This document shows, piece by piece, positions 9,311 through 19,019 of a DNA stretch of 64,000 nucleotides. A program made the position numbers and the translations under genes. The notes beneath the pieces are model-generated. The model had not been told where the DNA came from, did not search any database, and was given only the letters and a program-made list of their open reading frames with translations. The DNA is taken from contig JARRPX010000013.1 in NCBI GenBank assembly GCA_037382465.1, positions 6,640-70,639 on the forward strand, given 5' to 3'. The stretch is from Anaerolineales bacterium. GTDB taxonomy: Bacteria > Chloroflexota > Anaerolineae > Anaerolineales > E44-bin32. Within the stretch, counting starts at the first letter, position 1, and each line of letters begins with the position of its first letter.

Positions 9311-10582
9311 TTGAGTGAAGAACAGAAAAGCTCCCAAACGGAAGATGTGAAGGTCGACGAACAATTAGAAGATGTATCCGGCAAAGGTTTATTTGTTTCC
9401 TTGCGAGTCCCTTTTCTTTCTGTCTTTACCGGGCTGCTGATCGGCGCAATCATCATCGCTGTCTCGAATGCGGAAGTCGTTGCCGCCTGGAAGAATCTCT
9501 TCCAAGATCCAATCGGTGCTTTATCGTTGACCTGGATAACCATCCGGAATGCATATGTTGCTCTGTTCGAGGGTTCGTTCGGTAATCCCAAGACGATTGT
9601 GCAGGCAATCGGTGTATGGCGGGATACCGGTGAAACCCGAGCTGTCCTCGATGCGCTTCGGCCGATCAGTGAAAGCCTGGTCATCTCAACCCCCTACATA
9701 TTCGCCGGGTTGGCGGTGGCGCTTGGATTTCGCGGGGGATTGTTCAATATCGGCGCGGAGGGCCAACTTTTTGTCGGTGGTCTGGCTTCGGCTTTCATTG
9801 GTTACGCAATTAAGGGATTACCGGCGTACATCCATCTGCCTCTTGCCTTGCTGGCCGGTATTTCGGCGGGAGCAATCTGGGGCGCGATACCTGGTTATCT
9901 CAAGGCGCGCACGGGAGCGCATGAAGTCATCAACACGATCATGATGAACTACATCGCATTTCGCTTGACGGATTTCCTGTTATCCGGCCCAATGGCAAGG
10001 CCGGACGGTCTGCCGATCACCCCCGAAATCGCGCCGAGTGCATACATCCCTGCTCTACTGCCCAAACCGGTTCGAATCCATTACGGTTTTTTCATCGCCC
10101 TGGGAGCGGCTTTCCTGGTTTATTGGTTTCTATGGAAGACGACGAGCGGGCTGGAGATTCGGATGGTGGGCGCGAATCCGCGGGCCGCAAAATATGCCGG
10201 GGTGAAAATTTCGAAGAACATCGTCCTGGCGATGGGGCTGAGCGGCGCACTGGCGGGCCTGGCTGGCGCCAATCAAGTGTTGGGCGTCGATCACCGCATG
10301 GTACGTGCTTTCTCCACGGGATACGGTTTCGATGCCATCGCACTGGCCTTGCTGGGCAACAGCCATCCCGTTGGTGTGGTCCTGGCTTCGTTACTTTTCG
10401 GCTTTCTTCGAGGAGGTGCCGCACGGATGCAATCCATGGCCGGGGTTCCGGTGGAGATCATTCGCATCATCCAGGGCATGGTGATCATCTTCGTGGCTGC
10501 CCCGGCGATCATCCGCGGCCTTTATCGTCTGAAGGAATTCCGGTCTGAGGAAGCCGTTTTATCCAGGGGCTGGGGTTCATAG
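9311..10582 (+). CDS. ABC transporter permease (BMP/ribose-type, first)
   Basis: Polytopic membrane protein in the operon. TTG start 8 nt after AAGGAG (alternative GTG at 9302). Conserved 'GANPRAAKYAGV' loop typical of this permease family. Confidence 0.85.
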   Translation: MSEEQKSSQTEDVKVDEQLEDVSGKGLFVSLRVPFLSVFTGLLIGAIIIAVSNAEVVAAWKNLFQDPIGALSLTWITIRNAYVALFEGSFGNPKTIVQAIGVWRDTGETRAVLDALRPISESLVISTPYIFAGLAVALGFRGGLFNIGAEGQLFVGGLASAFIGYAIKGLPAYIHLPLALLAGISAGAIWGAIPGYLKARTGAHEVINTIMMNYIAFRLTDFLLSGPMARPDGLPITPEIAPSAYIPALLPKPVRIHYGFFIALGAAFLVYWFLWKTTSGLEIRMVGANPRAAKYAGVKISKNIVLAMGLSGALAGLAGANQVLGVDHRMVRAFSTGYGFDAIALALLGNSHPVGVVLASLLFGFLRGGAARMQSMAGVPVEIIRIIQGMVIIFVAAPAIIRGLYRLKEFRSEEAVLSRGWGS

Positions 10583-10590
10583 GAGGAGCG

Positions 10591-11853
10591 ATGCGGGCTG
10601 CAGCTAATCTCGATAAATATCATCTCAATCGCCGAAAGATCATCGTCAGTGCGCTGATCCTGCTCGTGGGCATTGTGGATTTACTTTTCTTCATGCGCGG
10701 GACACAGGGGATGCAGTCTACGTTCGTACTGACGAGTCAACGTGCGGGCGTGGAGATCAGTGCTCCAGACCTTGTACTTCCGACGGGAACGACGCTGCTG
10801 GTATTGGGCATCGTCGTGATCGCTGTGGCGATTTGGAATCTTCTGCGAAGAGATGAGCGTGACACGCTCGCCATCGCAATGGTGAGCGCACTGGTCATCG
10901 TTGCTTTCCTGATTTGGGCCACGCGCGGCAAATCCCTGAATCTCACGGGAATGCTGGTCAGCAGCCTGGTGAGAGCGACGCCGATCGCGCTGGCGGCTCT
11001 GAGCGGTTTGTACAGTGAGCGGTCGGGCGTCGTAAATATCGGCATCGAGGGAATGATGCTCATCGGGTCATTTACCTCCGTCGTCATGGCAAGCGTAAGC
11101 GGCAATTTGTTCCTCGGTGTCATAGCGGGTATCTTGGCGGGAATGCTGTTTGGCTGGCTGCACGGCGTGCTGTCCATCAAGTATCGGGTGGACCAGATTG
11201 TGAGCGGGACGGGCATTATCATCCTTGCGTTGGGAATGACGAGCTACCTGCAGCGGTCCGTGCTCAATCTATACCCTGAATTAAACCAACCCGGCTCGGT
11301 TATCGCTGCATTTCCCATTCCCGGCCTGTATAAAATCCCCGTGATCGGACCGCTGCTCTTCAATCAAAGCCCGATTATATATACGCTGTTTATACTTCTG
11401 ATCGTCACGAGGATTCTCATGTATCAAACACGCTGGGGTTTACGCACACGTTCCGTCGGTGAGCACCCCAAAGCGGCTGACACGCTGGGAATCAACGTCT
11501 TTCGGACACGGTACGTGAGCGTGCTCATAAGCGGCGCGATCGCCGGTTTGGCCGGCGCATACATGAGCATCGGCGCAGCTGGACGGTTCAATGAGGGCAT
11601 GTCGGCGGGCAAAGGGTTTCTGGGCCTGGCGGCGATGATCTTCGGCAATTGGAATCCCGGGGGTGCATTCCTGGGGGCATTGATCTTCGGCTTTTTCGAC
11701 TCCTGGCAGGAAAAATTGTCCATCCTTCAAGTCGGCATCCCGGTCGATCTATTGGGTATGGCGCCTTATATCGCAACGATGGTTGTGCTGGCGGGGTTAA
11801 TCGGACGCTCCCGGATGCCGGCTGCTGATGGGCAGCCGTATAGGAAGGAATAG
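10591..11853 (+). CDS. ABC transporter permease (BMP/ribose-type, second)
   Basis: Polytopic membrane protein. RBS 'aggagg'. The 'VGEHPKAADTLGINV' loop is paralogous to the preceding permease. Confidence 0.85.
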   Translation: MRAAANLDKYHLNRRKIIVSALILLVGIVDLLFFMRGTQGMQSTFVLTSQRAGVEISAPDLVLPTGTTLLVLGIVVIAVAIWNLLRRDERDTLAIAMVSALVIVAFLIWATRGKSLNLTGMLVSSLVRATPIALAALSGLYSERSGVVNIGIEGMMLIGSFTSVVMASVSGNLFLGVIAGILAGMLFGWLHGVLSIKYRVDQIVSGTGIIILALGMTSYLQRSVLNLYPELNQPGSVIAAFPIPGLYKIPVIGPLLFNQSPIIYTLFILLIVTRILMYQTRWGLRTRSVGEHPKAADTLGINVFRTRYVSVLISGAIAGLAGAYMSIGAAGRFNEGMSAGKGFLGLAAMIFGNWNPGGAFLGALIFGFFDSWQEKLSILQVGIPVDLLGMAPYIATMVVLAGLIGRSRMPAADGQPYRKE

Positions 11854-12132
11854 CGTGCCGCAACCTGGAGGGCGGTAACCCCAAATTCTGTGCCGATTCG
11901 GCTGCTGCTCGAAAAATGCGTGCATCGACGCGAGATAATGCCAGTCGACCGCCGATGCATTCTTGCTAATCGATTTTTATAGTGTAATATTTTCATATGC
12001 CGCTCGGGTGAAGAATTTATCAATCCCTCAATTACATTAAAGAATAGTATTCTGGGCTTGAGTGGAACACCTTGGGGAAGTGTTTTCGTGTAGATTACTT
12101 ACTTTCCGCTGTTTTGGGAGGAGTAATAGATT

Positions 12133-12792
12133 ATGCATAAGCAAGTGCTTCTAGCGGGGATGATGCTTTGCTTCTTGAGTGCATGCGGGAAGTCTGAGGC
12201 GGCAATCGCCACTTCGATCGCGGCGACGCAAAAGGCAGAGGAATTCGAGGCGCTTGCCATGACGGCAACGAAACTTGCCGGACCATCGGACACACCCACA
12301 AATACATTCACGCCTACAATTACACCGACCGCAACACAGACACCCACTCCATCCGATACCCCTCTCCCATCCTCGACAAGCACACCGCCGGAAGGCAGCG
12401 CCTACGTTCCGGATTTGGTCGGTTTGACATACGATGAAGCGACCGCAAAATTAACCGAACTCGGCCTGCCCTGGTACTACGTCGCTGTTGTCAGCAGCGA
12501 CACGCCGATGTGGGAAGTCATGGACCAATCCCCTCGCGCTGGCGCATTGTTGGATCTTGAGGAAATGCAAGTAAAACTGGTGATTAGTTTCAGTGCAGAC
12601 TCTCCACCTCGGCCCCAACCTCGCTCGGGTTATTTCATTAGCGACTCTTGTCGGGGTGTCACAAAAGAGGGCGTTTGTTACGGTGGTTCTGTATTCTGGT
12701 GTGAGAATACCAACTTGCTTATGCAAGACTGTTCGTTTTGTGATGGGTATTGTGGAACGAATGATGGGATCAAAGTATGCTTTTGTCCGTAA
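12133..12792 (+). CDS. lipoprotein with PASTA domain and Cys-rich C-terminal module
   Basis: Lipobox 'FLSAC' and a Pro/Thr-rich linker. PASTA-like 'VPDLVGLTYDEATAKLTELGL...DQSPRAGALL...VKLVIS'. The last ~50 aa contain 8 Cys. RBS GGGAGGAG. Confidence 0.7.
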   Translation: MHKQVLLAGMMLCFLSACGKSEAAIATSIAATQKAEEFEALAMTATKLAGPSDTPTNTFTPTITPTATQTPTPSDTPLPSSTSTPPEGSAYVPDLVGLTYDEATAKLTELGLPWYYVAVVSSDTPMWEVMDQSPRAGALLDLEEMQVKLVISFSADSPPRPQPRSGYFISDSCRGVTKEGVCYGGSVFWCENTNLLMQDCSFCDGYCGTNDGIKVCFCP

Positions 12793-12852
12793 GGTTGTGG
12801 GGTTCAAAGGGAAACATCTAATTCGTGAGGATTTATCAAGGAGGAGAACATA

Positions 12853-13704
12853 ATGAAGTCAATGCAGTGGATTACCGTCATCGTGCTTTTCGGAACCGTC
12901 ATAGTTGGCTGTGGGCCGTCCGAATCGGATATTGCGACCAGCGAGGCGGAAACGCAGGCCGTTATCGATGCCTTGGCGACCGAGGTCGCGGGTACGGAGC
13001 AAAGTGTCCAGGCTACGGAAGATTCCGCACAAAAGACGACAACCGCAGAATTCAATCAAAACGCTACGAAAACCGCCAATGTCGCTTTGGCGGCAACCAA
13101 CCAGGTGGGAACTGCGCAGGCTAAAGTGGCCGCCCAAACACAAGCCGCCTCGTCGATGTTCGACGAGATCGTGGAACTCGCGGCCTACGATTACATCAGT
13201 ACCGATGAAGGCATGTTCTTTACGCTGGAAGATTTTTCCGAATCGTGGGCTCAAATCAATTGGTACCAGTGGAGGCCAACGTATCTCTTTCCGACCGATT
13301 TCGTTGTTCGTGCCGACGCCAGTTGGGATTCGGCCAGTGACAACGCCAACTGGTTCAGTTCCGGATGCGGGTTCGTTTTTCGGGAGACGGATGTCGACAA
13401 CCATTACCTGGTCTTTCTTGGCCTGGATGGAAATGTAAACTTTGCCAGAAGCTACCGCGGGGATTGGAAACGCCTGGGAAGCTCCTACTATGGGAGCGTC
13501 GATATCCCTGAAGGCAGCGCGAGCATCATGCTGGTTGTGGAAGGGGATTCGTTCACCTTCTTCGTAAATGGTGAAAGGGTTCGCACACAAGTCGACAGCG
13601 CGCTGAAAGAAGGGGATCTGGGATTAACCCTGCTGTCCGGAACGAATGCGGGATACGGAACGCGCTGCACCATGGAAAACGTCGAACTCTGGATCATAGA
13701 TTGA
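12853..13704 (+). CDS. lipoprotein with C-terminal concanavalin/LamG-like (DUF1080-like) domain
   Basis: Lipobox 'IVGCG'. The N-terminal segment 'SESDIATSEAETQ' is paralogous to the preceding gene's 'SEAAIATSIAATQ'. The C-terminal beta-rich domain ends 'GTRCTMENVELWIID'. RBS AAGGAGGAG. Confidence 0.6.
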   Translation: MKSMQWITVIVLFGTVIVGCGPSESDIATSEAETQAVIDALATEVAGTEQSVQATEDSAQKTTTAEFNQNATKTANVALAATNQVGTAQAKVAAQTQAASSMFDEIVELAAYDYISTDEGMFFTLEDFSESWAQINWYQWRPTYLFPTDFVVRADASWDSASDNANWFSSGCGFVFRETDVDNHYLVFLGLDGNVNFARSYRGDWKRLGSSYYGSVDIPEGSASIMLVVEGDSFTFFVNGERVRTQVDSALKEGDLGLTLLSGTNAGYGTRCTMENVELWIID

Positions 13705-13722
13705 ACAATCCCGGGTGATATC

Positions 13723-13763
13723 AAAGCCACGTTTGGGGATTTACTCCAAACGTGGCTTTTTTT
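13723..13763. terminator. intrinsic terminator between convergent genes
   Basis: 14-bp perfect stem 'aaagccacgtttgg'/'ccaaacgtggcttt' followed by a T7 run on the + strand. It also lies downstream of minus-strand murJ. Confidence 0.8.
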
Positions 13764-13826
13764 ATCGTTCGCGGCCCCATTTTTTCATTCGCGAGGATGC
13801 GGGCTGAACAATTCTCCCGTGGTTTT

Positions 13827-15234
13827 CTACTGCGCGCGTTGTGCGCGGCGGAGGATGCCGACCGGGATCGAGCGGATTTCTTCAATTCCGAGCAGCAGCG
13901 AGATCCCCACGAAGGTAATGACACCGATAAACGCGCCTCCGAGGAGCAGCATCATCCGTCCCGGTTCGAGCAAATTGTTGAACAGCAGAATGGTGCCCCC
14001 CATGACGATGGACGCCAACGCCGCCTTTCCGGTGTGCAGCAGGATGCGGCGGGCGTCGATACCCCGCCAACGGACATGCAGGATCGTCAGCCCGATCAGG
14101 GATTCGACTCCAACAGCGATGCCGTTGGCCAGTGCGAGGCCGCCATGTTCCAGGCCGCCATCGATGCGTGGACGCGACAGCCAGACGGCCAAACCGAGAT
14201 TGAGCGCGGTGGTGAAAAAAGAGACGATAAGCGGCGTGAGTGTGTCTTGCTGGGCGGCGAAGGCGCGTACAACCACTTCGAGGGTCGACTGACTGATCAG
14301 CGCCAGTGCGTAGAATTGTAAGGCATAGTAGACCAGGTCCGTGCTTTGTGCGGTGAACTCGCCGCTCTCGAAGAGTATTCCGATCACAGGCTTTCCCAGT
14401 ACGAGCAGGGCAACGGCGGCCGGAAGAGAAAGCGTGAGGATGGCGCGCAAGGCGCCGCTGAGGGCGCGGCGTTGTGCTTCGATGTTCTTCTGGGCTGCCA
14501 GAGCGGCCATCGTGGGGAATATGGCAATGCCGATCGCCGTGCCAATTAACGTCCATGGGGTGTTCATCAGTTGAAAGGCGTACTGTAAAGCAGACACACG
14601 CCCTTCACCCAGGCCGGAACCCAGATTGGCGTTGATCCAATCGATGCTGGCTCGCGCCATGAAGAGATCCACGACGCGAGGCGCCATCAGGATGGCAACC
14701 CGGTGCAAGGCCGGGTTCTGCCAGCCGAGCGCCAGGCGCCAACGGACTCGGCGGATTAACAGTGCGGGAAGTTGGATCATGAAGTGCAGCAGCGATCCGA
14801 GAATGGCTCCCCAGGCCAGTCCATAGATTCCCATTGACGGCGCGAGAGCCAACGCACCGAAGATGATTCCTCCGCTGTACATCGACGGCGCGATGGCCGG
14901 CAGGAGGAAATGTTGATGCGCGTGGAGCGTTCCGGTGAGGATGCTGCTGACGGCGAAAAGGTTTATCCCGGTTGAGTATCTCACGGTAGACCGGGATGTA
15001 GGCGAAAGCCAGTGCGCCTCCCGACAACAAGGTAAAGAGCAGCTCCGGTAATTTGTTGGCCGCTGTGTAGGCATCCAACGCCGCACTGGTTCCGAAGGTG
15101 ATAGCGATGATGCGCTGGCGGATCAATCCGATAACGATCGACGCGGCAAGCCCGCCCATGACGATCAACGTCGAACGCACGATGTTTCCGTGCGGCGCGG
15201 CAGACTTCTGCGCTTGCGATTCGTTCCGCATCAT
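13827..15234 (-). pseudogene. murJ: lipid II flippase MurJ (MviN), disrupted: frame change plus apparent ~50-aa internal deletion
   Basis: ORF 14605..15234 encodes the MurJ N-terminus ('RSTLIVMGGLAAS...FGTSAALDAYTAANKLPELLFTLLSGGALAFAYIPVYREIL'). MurJ-like sequence resumes in a frame offset by 1 nt in ORF 13827..15086 ('NLFAVSSILTGTLHAHQHFLLPAIAPSMYSGGIIFG...'). The junction is near 14957..14972. Confidence 0.7.
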
Positions 15235-15255
15235 TCGGGTTTCCCTTCGAAAGGG

Positions 15256-16521
15256 CTACGGCGCAGCGCCCAGGCGGTCGAGTTGGTAGAGCGCCGGTTC
15301 CCAATCCGGATGAGCCGAGAGCGCCGTGTGTAAGTCGTTGATGGCTCCTGAAGTGTCACCCAGCGCTTCCTTGGCGAGGGCACGCCAATAGAACGTAACG
15401 TCAGCCAGATTGAGCACATCGTAATAGCGGCCTGTGTAGTAGTAAGCCCAGTACGCCCCCGTCATGTACCACATGATGCGCCAGGGAAGATTGGTTTCCT
15501 CGGGATCTATTTCTGCGTAGACCTGAAAGGCGTTGTCGTAGGCCGCGGCAGCGTCGGCGTAGTCCTGTAAATGGACCAAATTTGCGCCGCGGTTGAACCA
15601 GGCGAAAAACTGCTCGCGCTTGTCGGCTGCGTAGATTTCTCCGGCGGCGATTTCGGCCGCATGCTCGACGTTGTAAGTTTCATCGGCGTCCGGGCCGAGA
15701 ATCTCCATGACCGCATTTTCACCCGACGGGGGATAGATGACGATGTAGGTGTAATTGAAGTGCTGCCAATAGGTTTCCATGTCGTCGTAAGGAACGGGCA
15801 GGTCGGGCATGATGTAGGAGTCCTGCACGGTGAAGCGCTCGCGGGAGTCGTCGTAGCCGTTAATGACCTCGTAGTGCCCCATCCATCCAGAAAATCCGGA
15901 ACCTTCAAAACCTTTCTCGATGATGACGGGAAAACCGGCGGCGATGAACCGCTTGAGCAGCTCCAGATCCCCACCGACGCGGACGATGGCGGTTAAACCG
16001 GTATGCTCGTTCACAAATGCCGCCATCTCGCTGGGCATCACGTTTTTATCCCGCTGGTTGGGTTTCAAGATCGCGGCGGTGTCGCGTTGGTCACCGTTCC
16101 AGCCCCAATAGGAAAGTGCCATGGAAAGATTGGCGGGGCCGCAATTGTTCCACTTTTGATATTCGTGCGTGATTCCTCCCAATTGCACGCTTTCCGGGAT
16201 CGGCGTGGGTGAAGCCGTGGCGGTGGGCGTGATGGTGGCGGTTGGATGGTTCTCGATCGTCGCCGTAGGGGTAACCGGAAGGGCTGTCGGCGTATAGGCA
16301 TCGAGAGTGGCCTGCACCATTGCGGCGACGGTGGGGTTGGGCGTAAAAATGGCATCTTCGGGAGGCGAGAGCGCATATTTGATATTTGCGCGCAACTCGG
16401 AAATTCGCCAACCGATGCGATCCTGTACGAAGGGCAGGTTGTAGACCCACACAGCAAGGAAAATACAGGAAATCGTCGAGAGGAGAACGACGACAAGCGT
16501 CGTGCGTCGATTCCGGAACAT
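15256..16521 (-). CDS. peptidase C39-like domain protein with C-terminal TPR-like region
   Basis: Start at 'MFRNRR' (ATG at 16521); the longer ORF would overlap purA. N-terminal TM and a Pro/Thr linker. 'WNNCGPANLSMALSYWG' is a C39_2-type Cys motif. Confidence 0.7.
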   Translation of the reverse strand: MFRNRRTTLVVVLLSTISCIFLAVWVYNLPFVQDRIGWRISELRANIKYALSPPEDAIFTPNPTVAAMVQATLDAYTPTALPVTPTATIENHPTATITPTATASPTPIPESVQLGGITHEYQKWNNCGPANLSMALSYWGWNGDQRDTAAILKPNQRDKNVMPSEMAAFVNEHTGLTAIVRVGGDLELLKRFIAAGFPVIIEKGFEGSGFSGWMGHYEVINGYDDSRERFTVQDSYIMPDLPVPYDDMETYWQHFNYTYIVIYPPSGENAVMEILGPDADETYNVEHAAEIAAGEIYAADKREQFFAWFNRGANLVHLQDYADAAAAYDNAFQVYAEIDPEETNLPWRIMWYMTGAYWAYYYTGRYYDVLNLADVTFYWRALAKEALGDTSGAINDLHTALSAHPDWEPALYQLDRLGAAP

Positions 16522-16544
16522 GTCGGGATTATACCCGAATCGAG

Positions 16545-17849
16545 TCAGGCCGCATTGTTGTTCCGGATTACCTGCTCGCGTTCCGGGCCGATGGAGATCA
16601 AGCGGATCGGCGTGTTGGCTAGTTCCTGCACTCGTCGGACGTAAGCCTGTGCTTCCTCGGGCAAGTCGTTCCAGTGTCGGGCTTGGGTGATGTCGGCGTC
16701 CCAACCCGGCGATGCCTCGTATTGCGGTGTGAACTCGGCCAGATGGGTCGGGTCGGCCGGCAGGTCGCTGTAGCTGGTTCCGTCGTATTGATATGCCGTG
16801 CAAATCTGGACGGGATCGAGGCCCGTGAGGATGTCGAGTTTGGTGAGCGCCAATTCCGTGAAGCTATTGATGCGCACTGCATAGCGTAAAAGGACGGCGT
16901 CGAGCCATCCGCAGCGCCGGGGGCGCCCGGTGGTGGTGCCGTACTCGTCCCACGGCTGATCGCCCGTGCCGCGCAAATGTTGGGCGATGTCCCCTTCACA
17001 TTCCGTGGGGAAGGCCCCGCTGCCGACTCTGGTTTGAAAGCTTTTTGCTACGCCGATGATGCGGCGCAGGTGTTTCGGTCCGACGCCGAGTCCCATGAGC
17101 GCGCCGGCCGTCGTGGGGTAGGAACTTGTGACGAAGGGGTAAGTACCGTGATCGAGATCCAACAGCGTACCTTGCGCACCTTCGGCCAGTACGTTTTTAC
17201 CCTGATCGAGGGCCTCCGCAATCAACGCACCGACATCAGTAAGGTACGGCCGCAGGCGCTTGGCGAAATCGCAGTAGCTGCGCGCAACCTCCGTAGGATT
17301 CGGCGCCTGCTGGTAGTGGAAAACTTTTTCCAACACGTTCGCGGCGGCCCGGGCTTGTCCCTCGACGAGATCGGCGAATTCTTCGGGGTTCTCCATGCTG
17401 CCGGCGCGGATGCCGCTGCGAGTCGCTTTGTCGGTGTAAGCCGGGCCGATGCCGCGTTGCGTCGTGCCGATTCCGCCCTTTCCACGCTGTGCTTCTCTGG
17501 CCTTGTCGAGCGCGATGTGCGACGGTGTAATGATGTGGGCGGCGCTCGAAATTTTCAGGCGCTTGGGCGATATGTCGACGCCGTGGGCATCCAGATAATC
17601 CATTTCTTCGAGCAGCCGAACCGGATTGACGACCATGCCGGAACCGAGCATGCATGTTGTGTGGGAGTGGACGATGCCGGAGGGCACGAGATGAAGTTTG
17701 TACAGCCGATCACCGACAGTGACGCTGTGACCGGCGTTGTCTCCACCGCTGAAGCGAGCGACGATGTCCGCCTCGGCGGCGAGAAGATCGGTAATGCGTC
17801 CTTTGCCCTCATCGCCCCATTGTGAACCCACCACAACATCGAGTGCCAT
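16545..17849 (-). CDS. purA: adenylosuccinate synthetase
   Basis: 'MALDVVVGSQWGDEGKGRITD', 'GTTQRGIGPAYTDK', 'TTTGRPRRCGWLD'. ATG preceded by AGGAGG. Confidence 0.96.
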   Translation of the reverse strand: MALDVVVGSQWGDEGKGRITDLLAAEADIVARFSGGDNAGHSVTVGDRLYKLHLVPSGIVHSHTTCMLGSGMVVNPVRLLEEMDYLDAHGVDISPKRLKISSAAHIITPSHIALDKAREAQRGKGGIGTTQRGIGPAYTDKATRSGIRAGSMENPEEFADLVEGQARAAANVLEKVFHYQQAPNPTEVARSYCDFAKRLRPYLTDVGALIAEALDQGKNVLAEGAQGTLLDLDHGTYPFVTSSYPTTAGALMGLGVGPKHLRRIIGVAKSFQTRVGSGAFPTECEGDIAQHLRGTGDQPWDEYGTTTGRPRRCGWLDAVLLRYAVRINSFTELALTKLDILTGLDPVQICTAYQYDGTSYSDLPADPTHLAEFTPQYEASPGWDADITQARHWNDLPEEAQAYVRRVQELANTPIRLISIGPEREQVIRNNNAA

Positions 17850-17866
17850 GCAGCACCTCCTGCGGG

Positions 17867-17875
17867 AGTATAGCA
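17867..17875 (-). promoter_or_regulatory. extended -10 element (TGcTATACT) for the purA operon
   Basis: The minus strand reads 'cgTGcTATACTcccgcAGGAGGtgctgcATG'. The -10 is 17 nt from the purA ATG. Confidence 0.35.
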
Positions 17876-18028
17876 CGATGGAGACGGAGTTGGGAGGGAA
17901 CGATGGAAACGATCCCTCACTCCCGTCTGTCCGTGCATGGGGGAGATTGGACGTAGTGCCGCACGGTCTCGACTTCCCCTACTCCATTGCGCTCGAAGGC
18001 GCTATAATCCACCTGTGGGTGTATTGCG

Positions 18029-18865
18029 ATGTCCATTCGTTTGAGGCGTTCCATTTCGTTTGTCGCATTATCGCTGGCCGCCAGTGTTCTGGTGTTCGCC
18101 TTCGTTCCCTTCGAAGTCGGACACGGAGAACAAGGATTGCCCCAATCCGGTAACTTCGTGACGCCAACTCCGAGGGCGGACGGGCGAATTATCTACATCG
18201 TCCAGGAAGGGGATTCGCCCTGGACCATCGCAGCGCTAGCAGGGATCACCATCGAGGAGCTTTATTCTCGAAACGGCATTCAGCCCGGTGATTTTATTAC
18301 TCCAGGAATGGAGTTGGAATTGGGTCTTGCAGGCCCCTCCGTATCTACCAGCGAGCCGCTCACGGATGTTACGCCGACGCTGGAACCTCCGACTGCCACG
18401 CCCATCGTCGGTTCGGGAGAGATATGCGTGGCTATGTTCCTGGATCAAAATGGTAACGGCAGCCGGGATGAGTCCGAGGGGATGTTGGCGGATGGCCGCG
18501 TCAGCGTCGCCGATGTGAACGGTGTCGTGGCCGGCGAATATACGACGGATCTCGATCCGGAGAACGCTGATGGATATTGTTTCACAGATCTCGAGAATGG
18601 AGATTACAACGTCAGCGCCGCGGTTCCTCCGGATCACAATCCGACAACGGTGATGAGCCTGCCGGTTCGATTGAATCCGGGTGAAATCAAGTACGTCCAA
18701 TTCGGTGCACAGCCGAGTTCTGCTATCCAGGATCTTCTTGGTGATGCGGGTGGAGGGCGTTCGACGCTGCTCGGCTTCCTGGGACTTGTCCTGCTCCTGG
18801 CCGGAGGCGGTTTGGGATACTATGCGGCCCGGCTGCGACGCGGTACACCTCGCTCCCTGCGCTGA
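18029..18865 (+). CDS. LysM domain protein with Cna/SdrD-B-like fold and C-terminal membrane anchor
   Basis: Signal/TM at the N-terminus. LysM 'YIVQEGDSPWTIAALAGITIEELYSRNGI'. 'DQNGNGSRDESEGMLADGRVSV...GYCFTDLENGDYNV' is an SdrD B-like repeat. C-terminal TM plus basic tail. TATAAT at 18003..18008. Confidence 0.7.
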   Translation: MSIRLRRSISFVALSLAASVLVFAFVPFEVGHGEQGLPQSGNFVTPTPRADGRIIYIVQEGDSPWTIAALAGITIEELYSRNGIQPGDFITPGMELELGLAGPSVSTSEPLTDVTPTLEPPTATPIVGSGEICVAMFLDQNGNGSRDESEGMLADGRVSVADVNGVVAGEYTTDLDPENADGYCFTDLENGDYNVSAAVPPDHNPTTVMSLPVRLNPGEIKYVQFGAQPSSAIQDLLGDAGGGRSTLLGFLGLVLLLAGGGLGYYAARLRRGTPRSLR

Positions 18866-19019
18866 AGGCCAGAAACCCGAAAAAAACCGGCGTGCTGCGA
18901 CGCCTTCTTCTTGCACCACAGCAGGATTCCTTCAAACCTCGTCTGTATTGCACGTCCGGATTCACTTACAGCTTCCTTACAATGAGACCATGAACGAAGA
19001 AAAGGTCCATATAATAGGT

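Noticed and set aside
10069-10079. tRNA T-loop-like 'ggttcgaatcc'
   Set aside because: It lies inside the well-supported ABC permease CDS, and no acceptor, D or anticodon stems can be drawn around it.
16522-16803. N-terminal extension of ORF 15256..16803
   Set aside because: It would overlap the 3' end of purA by about 260 nt in another frame and has no protein-like features. 'MFRNRRTTLVVVLL' (signal anchor) at 16521 is the plausible start.
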